Source: Candidatus Parcubacteria bacterium
GTDB taxonomy: Bacteria; Patescibacteriota; Patescibacteriia; 2-12-FULL-60-25
Direction: 5' to 3'
DNA: 64,000 nt
Assembly: GCA_039796615.1 (NCBI GenBank)
Contig: JBDKJL010000038.1
Span: forward strand, 78,033 to 142,032
The notes beneath the pieces are model-generated. The model was not told the origin of the DNA. It saw only the letters and a program-made list of their open reading frames with translations, and did not search any database. The translations under genes were made by a program, and so were the position numbers. Shown here in pieces: positions 17,001 through 24,214 of the stretch (positions are counted from its first letter, which is position 1; each line of letters opens with the position of its first letter).

Positions 17001-20000
17001 CTGGTGCCGATGATGCACGGCTTATTTAGTTCGCGCGAAACAATGGCCGCGTGGCAGGTGATCCCCCCTTCGTCGGTGACAATGGCCGCCGCCTCGCGCA
17101 TGAGGGGGACGTATTCTGGACGGGTCATCCCCGTAACGAGGATTTCTCCAAATTGAAAAGAGGAAAACTGATCCAAAGATTTAATCACGCGGACACTCCC
17201 CCGGGCGTACCCCTTATTTCCGATGCTTCCGTGGATTTCGTTTGTGCCTTTCTCGGTTTCGCCGACGAATGCCTCATGGATGAGCTTGGCGTTTTCTTCC
17301 ACGCGGTCGTATGAAATCTCGATTGGTCCAGAATATGGAACGTACACGACATATTCCTCCTCCCGTTTCAGGAGTTCATCTTTGATGGAGGCGACGTAGG
17401 AGGATCCTTGAATGAGTTCCTGGCATGGCAAAATATTTTCGATGAGTTTTCGATCCACTCCCGCTTCTTGGAACAGGCGTTCTGCAATGCGCCATGCGAC
17501 GGTAATCCCCTTTGCGAAATGATTTTTTCGTTCATCGCGTGTTTGCATGACCGTTTGGCAATAACGCACAATGAGCGCCTGCTCTGCGGAAAGCGTACGG
17601 ATCCAACGGTTAAAGGCGTCTTTTTTCTCTGCCTGCTCATGATCCATGTATGCAAGCTCCGCGCGGGCATGCTCTATATCATGAAGGAAGGCGCCGTATG
17701 TTTTTTGAAGTTCTTCACGGACCTGCTCCAATGCGTACACGTTTCGATAGGATGTCCAGAAATATTGGCATGACTCCAGGAGCGTTTCTTCGGGCTCTTT
17801 CGCAATAATCCGACAAAGGAGGTCGCGTTTTTGTGCTCGATCGAACGATTCGGCAACCATCTCTGTTGCGCGTTGCCAAATCGTTTCAATATCCTGTCTT
17901 GAAATGTTGAGATTGGCCGACTGTACGACATTCCAGCACAAATCAATATCAAAAAAGAGGGAAAAATGTGACCACGCGTTTGTTTCCCAGAACTGATCAA
18001 ACGCATGTTGGATGGTCGCTACGAGTGCGGATTCTGGTTGATTTTTAATGTATGGACATCGATACGTTTCATAAAGCGCATCAACCGTTGGGAAATTTTT
18101 ATGAAATTGTTCTAAGCGTCGTTCAAGCGATGAGGGATCTTTTAAAAACGTTTCAAATCCTTCTATGGCGTAACAGGGAAACGTTTTTTCGGGAATCAAT
18201 GTTTGCGTTTGTCCATGATGCCTAATATTGATGAGCCCGTAGTTTACCCCGCAGTGAAAAACAGGGCTGTAGTATTTTTCCGTGTTGTATCTAGACCCAA
18301 AAATAAAGAGGGAGTAATTGTGAAGCGGAGGGTAGATTTTATCCCCGCCGAGTTCATCGATAAATTTTTGCGCGAGAAGCTTTTGCTCACTTTGGCGAGA
18401 CAGAATACGTACGATTCCATTGTTCGCATCCACTTCTACCTCATCCCCATCCTGCAACACCTGTGTGGCGATTTTTGTGCCGACAATGCAGGGTTTTTTG
18501 AGTTCGCGCGCCACGATGGCGGCGTGGGAGGTGATGCCACCGACGTCGGTGATGAACGCGGCCGCCTTTTTCATGGCGGGGAGTAGTTGCGGGCTGGTGG
18601 CGGTAGAGATGAGAATATCCCCCTCCTCTACCTTCCCGTTATGTTGCGGGCCAAACACGAGCTTTACCGTTCCGCGTGCAGTACCCGATTGCGCCACCTG
18701 TCCTTTGAGTTCGCCGTTATTTTCTGTTTTTGGGGGTATCACGCGCGTTTTCACATACGCATCAGCCTCGCTCCCCGTGATGACCGCACAACCATCTCCA
18801 TTTTTAATAATCACGGCATGTTTCCATCGTTCTTCCAAATTTGTGGGGAGAGATGCCGCGCCCTCGATCACGGCAATGAGCTCTTGCGCAGTGAGGGTGC
18901 CAAGAAGCCGCACCGGAACATTGTATTCTGCCGCCAGCCGCTTGAGCATGCGGTTTACGATCACAAATAGGGCTTGTCGGGCTTCTGTGCGGATGGTTTT
19001 GATGAAGATGATGTCTCGCACGGTGCGGAATAGCTGTGCTTCCTGTTCCGTGAGTGCGAGCTCTTTTTGCAGTGCGGCGTGTGGCGCTTTCGGTGAGGGC
19101 GCTACGGATTCACGGATATGCGCGATCTGTTCATCTGTAAGGCCTGTGCCGATGTACCCTTGATCCAACCAGAAGTATTTTTTTTGCAATTCCGCGCTTG
19201 AGGCACTGCTCTGACGGATATCCGCATACGCTTGTTCGGTATGGCTGAGCGCTTCGGGCGCGCCAAGAACGGTAGCGTAATAGGAGGCGGGATGCGGCAG
19301 ATTTTTCCGTTGTGCGAATACGCTCATGAGCCGCTCTGTTACGGCGCCGAAGACATCGGCGAAGGCAACCACCATGCCAAAGCGTGTACAATCTGCCTGG
19401 ATTTCGTAGGCGCGCGCAAGGATCGCCGGATAGTTGGATACGGGGCAAACTTCTATCTGCTCTCGAACCTCGTTCGCATACGCCCAAATCTCATTTGAAT
19501 GCGTGATGGTTTTTTCTTTTAGTTCATCGAGTAACGGTCGGTTGGTGAGCACGGCGTCTGCGCACGTTTGGATGAGCGTTCGAGAAGGCTCCTCCTCTGT
19601 GTAATAGTTAATCACGCTCCCGTTCACCACTTCTAAAAAAGCATCTGGTTCCGACAGACCGATCTGCTCCTTGATGCGCGTATCACGCACCCCTCTCCAG
19701 ACGTTCTCCAGCGTGAGCACGGATGTGTCGACATCTTGGTTGATGCGTGTGTAGGTGCGGTTTTTTGATTCGGCATTTTGCGCACGGTTTAAAATACGCA
19801 CAACGCCGTTATCCGCATCCACCTCCACCTCATCGCCATCATGTAGTGCTTGTGTGGCGATTTTGGTGCCGATGATGCAGGGCTTTTTCATTTCACGAGC
19901 CACGATGGCGGCATGGCAAATAACGCCGCCTTCGTCTGTAACGAACGCACTCGCGCGCTTCATGGCTGACAAAAAATCCGGTGTTGTCATGGGCGCAACC

Positions 20001-23000
20001 AAGACATCCCCTTCTTGAACGTGCACCATGTCGCTTTGTTTCTTTACGATTTGCACACGCCCCCGTACGATTCCTTTATAGGCCACCTGACCCGTGATCG
20101 TGTCGGACGTAGAGATGGCGGTCTCTTTATACGTATATTCTGGATGACTCTGGCCGAATGCCTCGAGTGTCCCGCGGTAATGCTCCGTTCCGTCGATCAT
20201 CACAAATGCCTGCAGCCGCTGCTTCAGCTCTTCTTCAGACGGAAGCGCGTTTAATTCATGTGGGAGCACCACGCCCGCCAGCTCCTCAGAGATGCCTCCA
20301 AGATGGGCGATCATTTTTCTTACAAAAAGATCATTTTCTGCAAAGAAATCCGTGTCTTTTCTTGATTGTACGGAGATCGCTTTTGCGGCATCCGGGCTAC
20401 GGTCATCCAATCCTGAATAAAAGAACAGCGTGAGTTTGAAGATCGCATCGTAAATCAAGTCCGTATATTCTTTGATATCCACGACGTCTGTGAGAGGTCC
20501 CTTTGAGCGTAATTGCGCAAGCCGTACGAGCGGTGCTTTATACGCACGAGCGAGCTCTTCTAAAAATGCCGGATTGGCATTCGCGGATAGGAGTTTTTCC
20601 TGGAACCAGTTGAAGGCTTTTTCGTGTTCCCAAATTTCTACAACCCCTTGATGAACATAATGCGTTAGCATCGGCGGAAACGGATTTTCCCAGCCGAGTG
20701 TTGATTTAATCTGTTCCGTTAAACTCTTTACCCACAACACCTGCATGAAGAGCGTGGTGTCACGGGAATAGGATTTTTTGAAGACGGCTTTTTTATCTGC
20801 TTCTGTGCGTTTCAAAATCCGCACAACGCCATTATTCGCGTCCAACTCCACCTCATCCCCATCTTTGATGGCCTGTGTCGCGATTTTTGCGCCGATGATG
20901 CATGGCACATTGAGTTCGCGGCTCACGATGGCGGCATGGGAAGAAATACCTCCTTCATCGGTGATGATGCCGCCTGCCTTGCGCATGAGGGGGACAAATT
21001 CAGGCCGCGTCATCATGGTGATGAGGATGTCACCCCGCTGTAATCGTTTTGCGGCCGGGCTATCTGGCGATGGCACGATGCGCGCGATTCCTTTGACGTA
21101 GCCTTGGCATGCGACGGCGCCTTTGATTTCATCGACATCTGTACGTGGGAGACGCTTGCAGAGGCGTTCAAAGAGCTCTGTCGCCTTATCCCCCTCAAGA
21201 TACGAGATGTTATTTTCGTGATAGATCGCAATAATCCCCTCGCGTTCGCGACGCTTGAGCATTTCGGCATCGATAGATCCTAAAAAGACGTCTTTTACCT
21301 CGTCGAGTGTGAGATCATTTAGGAGTGCGCGATCGATTCCCTGTCGTGCAAGGCCTTCACAAACGAGTCGCGTACAGCCATAAAGGCCGACATAATTGAA
21401 TCGCTTACGGTCATCACGCCAGATAGCGAGCGTTTGAAAAATTTCAAGAGGGTTTTCTTTTAATCCATGTTTCTTGAGAATTTTTTGTTGCTTTTTTGTC
21501 GGCGAAACGAACGGATGTACGTGGACGTCTTTTGCCTTCTCCCGCAGCCATTGTTCGTCGATTTCTTGGAACGTTTCGTAATCCGTACCGATCCAAAAAA
21601 ATTCGTTCAGGAATGCCTCCGCCGATTTCTTTCCCGCATTGAGGTCTGCGAGTGCCTGTTCAAGCTCTGTCACATACGATTGTTCCTGTGGCATGAGAAG
21701 ATCTGCGGCTTCTTGAGCCGAAAATCCATGCTGCTGCACGATACGGTGGATTTCTTCCTGATCAAATCCGGGATCAAATGAATCGAGGAAAAGGGAAATC
21801 CCCCACATTTCCTGATCTTTTTTGAGAACGGTTTGAAACCGCTCCCAAAGCTCTTCGTTGGTGAGTGTTTTGAGATCCGCTCGCCAGATTTCATGAGACG
21901 CCTCAAATAAGGCTTGTTTCAACCGCTTCCATTCCGTTTCCCATTCGGGTGGAAAACCGTTTTTTGTTCGTTCAAAAAAGGCGTCTGCGACCTGCTTCAT
22001 CCCCGCTAAGTCAAATAAGTTTGTGACGTGTTTTTCTTTGTAATACACACACCAATTCCCGTATCCGATGGAAAGGTATTTTTTAACTCCTTCAAATGAG
22101 GTAAGAGGATACGAAATTTGATGGAATCCGATTTTACCTCCTTGACGGTAGAGGGGGGCTTCTTGTGAAAAGGCTTCGTTGCCCGCCGCTTTTTTGAAAA
22201 TTCGCACAACGCCGTTGTTTGCATCCACTTCTACCTCATCTCCGTTATGGAGTATTTGGGTCGCGATGTTGGTGCCGATGATGCAAGGCTTTTTGAGTTC
22301 TCGGCTTGCGATTGCGGCATGGGATACGATCCCTCCTTCATCAGAAATGATCGCTGCGGCACGTTTCATGCCGACAATAAAATCCGGAGTGGTTGTACTC
22401 GCCACGAGGATTTCTCCTTCTTTGACCGTATTTGCATCCTGACGATTGCGTACGATGCGGACGTATCCACGCGCAACGCCAGGATAAGCGGAGACACCAC
22501 GGCACTCTGTCGCGGATGGATCTGCTGTGGGGATGACCAATTGGATGCGCTTTTGCATCTCTTTCATCGCCTCTCCGGTGAAAACGCCTTGCGGTGTGAT
22601 CAAATACCCCTGCGCACGTTCTTGTAGGGTTTGTGCTGAGGGCGCATGACCCGTTGTGCATTCTTCGACGGTCAGGAGGTCGCGATATTGAACGGGTACA
22701 CCTGTGAATTGGGCAATGGAGTTGCGGAGGACTGCATCGGCTCCTGGGATCATCTTTTCTCCGCGACGACGGAACGTCATGAGGCGTTCTACGATGTCTT
22801 TTTTTGTCGGTTGGTGCTCAAGATTTTCGATCCCCCACCAAACTCCCGTATACCATGACCATACGATTCGTAGTGCTTCGATAAACGACGCGAGTTCTTT
22901 TTGTGTGAGCGCGGATTCTTTTTGAACGATCTGCTCAACGGCGTCGTAGGCCTCGTTTGCGTATTTTAGAAGCCACTCGATATAAGACGCGTCTTGCTCG

Positions 23001-24175
23001 ATGCGGTGATTTACTTCTTCACCTTGTTTGAGCGTTTGTTTTTTATCGAGAAATAGTTGCTGCGCGCCGAGGCGGCCGACCGTTACAAAATATGGTTCGC
23101 TGAGAGATTGACCATCCATCCATGGCTGCGGACCACTTTCCACTTCCGTTGCAATTTGCATTGTCGCTAACGTGAAATCACGCGTTCCAAATAAATCCAA
23201 ACGCGGAATGGCTTCAGGAATTTCCTCTAACGGCTTCAACGTCGTAATCGGTCGGCTTTGCACGATGTAAAAAATTCCATCTTCCATCGCCCACTCAATA
23301 TCGCAGGGGAAACCATAGTGTTGCTCGATGCGGAGGATGAGGTTTGAAAGCTCTTGGATCTGCGGTTCGGTGAGCACTTGGGATTCGCCGAGGGCGGGTG
23401 AAAGGTCGCGCCATTCGTTGCCGCCGTGTGTTGAGCGATAGAGGGCGCGGGTTTGATGGCTTACGTTGATGTCGATAATCCGACGCGGATTTTTTTCCAC
23501 CACGTAGCTATCGGGGGTTACCTGGCCGCTCACGATGGCTTCGCCAAGGCCGAATCCGGCTTCGATAATCAGTTGGTTATAATCTTCGGTTACCGGATGC
23601 ACGGAAAACGCGATCCCGCTGGCGTCGCTTGCCACCATTTTTTGCACCACCACGGCCACGGAAATGCGCTGGCTGTGAAGATCTTTTTCAAACCGATAAA
23701 AAATGGCGCGTGGCGTAAAAAGCGATGCCCAGCAGTTTTGGACATTTTGGAGCAAGGTCTCTTCTGTCGTATTCAAAAAACTATCGAGCTGCCCGGCCCA
23801 GGCGGCGCTGGCGCTGTCTTCGGCGGTGGCAGAGGAGCGCACGGCAACGTGTTCGGCACCGAGTGCCTTAAACTGCACGCGAATATCTTCGGCGATGTCT
23901 TGAGGCATCGCGACACTTTTGATGAGCGCCTGGATTTTTGCCGAAGCCTGCTCCACCGTATGAATCTCCTGATGATTTACGGTGTGGAGCGTGGCGTCGA
24001 TTTCTGTATTCAGCTCTGTTTCCTCCAAAAATCGGTCAAATGTGCTCGCGAGCACCACAAATCCCGGTGGCACCGGGATCCCCGCCTGGGTCATCTCCCC
24101 CAAGGACGCGCCTTTTCCCCCGGCATCCCCCACATCCTCTTTAGAGAGCGCAGAGAACGGTTTTGAGATGGGCAT
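14084..24175 (-). CDS. Giant (3363 aa) PpsA/rifampicin-phosphotransferase-like protein: one ATP-grasp domain followed by seven [helical domain + swivel phosphohistidine domain] modules
   Basis: This is a single uninterrupted ORF starting at ATG 24175. The N-terminus has PPDK_N/PpsA motifs (GGKGASLGEMTQAGIPVPPGF, VAVRSSATAEDSASAAWAGQ, IIEAGFGLGEAIVSGQVTPD, DIEWAMEDGIFYIVQSRPIT). Seven GG-x-x-[SC]-HAAI-x-[SA]-RE...PC-I/V-I/V-G...DGDEVE-V/L-DA-x-x-G motifs place the catalytic His at aa 619, 1080, 1421, 1884, 2375, 2848 and 3319. I did not recognise a PEP/pyruvate-binding TIM barrel. Confidence 0.9.
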   Translation of the reverse strand: MPISKPFSALSKEDVGDAGGKGASLGEMTQAGIPVPPGFVVLASTFDRFLEETELNTEIDATLHTVNHQEIHTVEQASAKIQALIKSVAMPQDIAEDIRVQFKALGAEHVAVRSSATAEDSASAAWAGQLDSFLNTTEETLLQNVQNCWASLFTPRAIFYRFEKDLHSQRISVAVVVQKMVASDASGIAFSVHPVTEDYNQLIIEAGFGLGEAIVSGQVTPDSYVVEKNPRRIIDINVSHQTRALYRSTHGGNEWRDLSPALGESQVLTEPQIQELSNLILRIEQHYGFPCDIEWAMEDGIFYIVQSRPITTLKPLEEIPEAIPRLDLFGTRDFTLATMQIATEVESGPQPWMDGQSLSEPYFVTVGRLGAQQLFLDKKQTLKQGEEVNHRIEQDASYIEWLLKYANEAYDAVEQIVQKESALTQKELASFIEALRIVWSWYTGVWWGIENLEHQPTKKDIVERLMTFRRRGEKMIPGADAVLRNSIAQFTGVPVQYRDLLTVEECTTGHAPSAQTLQERAQGYLITPQGVFTGEAMKEMQKRIQLVIPTADPSATECRGVSAYPGVARGYVRIVRNRQDANTVKEGEILVASTTTPDFIVGMKRAAAIISDEGGIVSHAAIASRELKKPCIIGTNIATQILHNGDEVEVDANNGVVRIFKKAAGNEAFSQEAPLYRQGGKIGFHQISYPLTSFEGVKKYLSIGYGNWCVYYKEKHVTNLFDLAGMKQVADAFFERTKNGFPPEWETEWKRLKQALFEASHEIWRADLKTLTNEELWERFQTVLKKDQEMWGISLFLDSFDPGFDQEEIHRIVQQHGFSAQEAADLLMPQEQSYVTELEQALADLNAGKKSAEAFLNEFFWIGTDYETFQEIDEQWLREKAKDVHVHPFVSPTKKQQKILKKHGLKENPLEIFQTLAIWRDDRKRFNYVGLYGCTRLVCEGLARQGIDRALLNDLTLDEVKDVFLGSIDAEMLKRREREGIIAIYHENNISYLEGDKATELFERLCKRLPRTDVDEIKGAVACQGYVKGIARIVPSPDSPAAKRLQRGDILITMMTRPEFVPLMRKAGGIITDEGGISSHAAIVSRELNVPCIIGAKIATQAIKDGDEVELDANNGVVRILKRTEADKKAVFKKSYSRDTTLFMQVLWVKSLTEQIKSTLGWENPFPPMLTHYVHQGVVEIWEHEKAFNWFQEKLLSANANPAFLEELARAYKAPLVRLAQLRSKGPLTDVVDIKEYTDLIYDAIFKLTLFFYSGLDDRSPDAAKAISVQSRKDTDFFAENDLFVRKMIAHLGGISEELAGVVLPHELNALPSEEELKQRLQAFVMIDGTEHYRGTLEAFGQSHPEYTYKETAISTSDTITGQVAYKGIVRGRVQIVKKQSDMVHVQEGDVLVAPMTTPDFLSAMKRASAFVTDEGGVICHAAIVAREMKKPCIIGTKIATQALHDGDEVEVDADNGVVRILNRAQNAESKNRTYTRINQDVDTSVLTLENVWRGVRDTRIKEQIGLSEPDAFLEVVNGSVINYYTEEEPSRTLIQTCADAVLTNRPLLDELKEKTITHSNEIWAYANEVREQIEVCPVSNYPAILARAYEIQADCTRFGMVVAFADVFGAVTERLMSVFAQRKNLPHPASYYATVLGAPEALSHTEQAYADIRQSSASSAELQKKYFWLDQGYIGTGLTDEQIAHIRESVAPSPKAPHAALQKELALTEQEAQLFRTVRDIIFIKTIRTEARQALFVIVNRMLKRLAAEYNVPVRLLGTLTAQELIAVIEGAASLPTNLEERWKHAVIIKNGDGCAVITGSEADAYVKTRVIPPKTENNGELKGQVAQSGTARGTVKLVFGPQHNGKVEEGDILISTATSPQLLPAMKKAAAFITDVGGITSHAAIVARELKKPCIVGTKIATQVLQDGDEVEVDANNGIVRILSRQSEQKLLAQKFIDELGGDKIYPPLHNYSLFIFGSRYNTEKYYSPVFHCGVNYGLINIRHHGQTQTLIPEKTFPCYAIEGFETFLKDPSSLERRLEQFHKNFPTVDALYETYRCPYIKNQPESALVATIQHAFDQFWETNAWSHFSLFFDIDLCWNVVQSANLNISRQDIETIWQRATEMVAESFDRAQKRDLLCRIIAKEPEETLLESCQYFWTSYRNVYALEQVREELQKTYGAFLHDIEHARAELAYMDHEQAEKKDAFNRWIRTLSAEQALIVRYCQTVMQTRDERKNHFAKGITVAWRIAERLFQEAGVDRKLIENILPCQELIQGSSYVASIKDELLKREEEYVVYVPYSGPIEISYDRVEENAKLIHEAFVGETEKGTNEIHGSIGNKGYARGSVRVIKSLDQFSSFQFGEILVTGMTRPEYVPLMREAAAIVTDEGGITCHAAIVSRELNKPCIIGTRTATHTLQDGDEVEVDANNGIVRILKRHTPDAPSFRKEDYVYMGQWKGPTLAWSPWFQWGEGETLKAFGIQVTGEVLTFDGHGFFDAKSSHAIKALTKEKLKINDISFFQEYVARSEKALNHFTELIDRLERFTDEEPVALFREFFNRYHQITGSWAGIFYIGDVGQDFITETARKHGYALEELSGHMHPDRKTFSMEQKQELLSFREDLENHGYKHMDDAALGRLQANDPALYQRLQQLVDTYAWVGTHHFWGTPYTAQRLIEDINTVTDAPIHKASISDAPDLHFALEVARLFAWLRLQTAETVNRVSYAARPLFSHLSKKLGISYEDFIWLTHQEIIEWCQQGIKANAAEIEKRKVGHGAFMHQGRIVVVTGAELQAFVDQFIPKQETAITTFKGSIANKGRVAGIVRVMFMPNEMEAFQEGEILVAPETTPAYVPIMQKAAAFVTDSGGITSHAAIVSREMKKPCIIGTKIATQVLHNGDEVEVDANTGIIKILHRASTEYPSSTPVSIPAGKNVFRWGPVPGRVFFVSEFITECGEMLEKRFGYPWPEWLMLFHEKRMVWINDFPSLQKEAVRVFQTQMLDEPFRAGLYAEWKEAIAVLEKTQQRIDTLDITSLSDDAFLDLWTDYHQKMIAFWTPTIPPELGNYGADVLLETELAHVIPQEKERKEAMEVLLAPEEASFYQEEESELLKTQNISAHAKKYYWLKNSYGGVRVLDEEFFRERKKEIPQDFDDAAAARLKDVQKKKTACIKKFKLNKNIQHIAETAVKNIEWQDERKKYIFIGLHYKYLLLQEAARRTGNDADALLDLFWDEIPRVIREKQRVTLRSYGGFHGVHRVERFHEADAKHYWEIFAQEKFEALVDSFHGTIASPGKATGKVRILLDPEQATFQDGEILVAPMTSPEYVFAMKKSAAILTDTGGLTSHAAIVSRELKKPCLVGTKVATQALHDGDEVEVDANTGTVTILKRA
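14087..14398 (-). repeat. Swivel phosphohistidine domain copy 8 (giant protein module 7, C-terminal)
   Basis: The motif is GGLTSHAAIVSRELKKPCLVGT, with the His codon at 14219..14221. Limits are approximate. Confidence 0.8.
15500..15811 (-). repeat. Swivel phosphohistidine domain copy 7 (module 6)
   Basis: The motif is GGITSHAAIVSREMKKPCIIGT, with the His codon at 15632..15634. Confidence 0.8.
16919..17230 (-). repeat. Swivel phosphohistidine domain copy 6 (module 5)
   Basis: The motif is GGITCHAAIVSRELNKPCIIGT, with the His codon at 17051..17053. Confidence 0.8.
18392..18703 (-). repeat. Swivel phosphohistidine domain copy 5 (module 4)
   Basis: The motif is GGITSHAAIVARELKKPCIVGT, with the His codon at 18524..18526. 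Confidence 0.8.
19781..20092 (-). repeat. Swivel phosphohistidine domain copy 4 (module 3)
   Basis: The motif is GGVICHAAIVAREMKKPCIIGT, with the His codon at 19913..19915. Confidence 0.8.
20804..21115 (-). repeat. Swivel phosphohistidine domain copy 3 (module 2)
   Basis: The motif is GGISSHAAIVSRELNVPCIIGA, with the His codon at 20936..20938. Confidence 0.8.
22187..22498 (-). repeat. Swivel phosphohistidine domain copy 2 (module 1)
   Basis: The motif is GGIVSHAAIASRELKKPCIIGT, with the His codon at 22319..22321. Confidence 0.8.
23215..24175 (-). other. ATP-grasp nucleotide-binding domain (PPDK_N type) of the giant protein; the only one in the locus
   Basis: It covers aa 1 to about 320 of the giant ORF and carries the PpsA N-terminal motifs listed above. 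The lower boundary is approximate. Confidence 0.8.
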
Positions 24176-24214
24176 ATGTTTATACCCCTTTTTATCGCGT
24201 TTTCGGGGGGTTGT

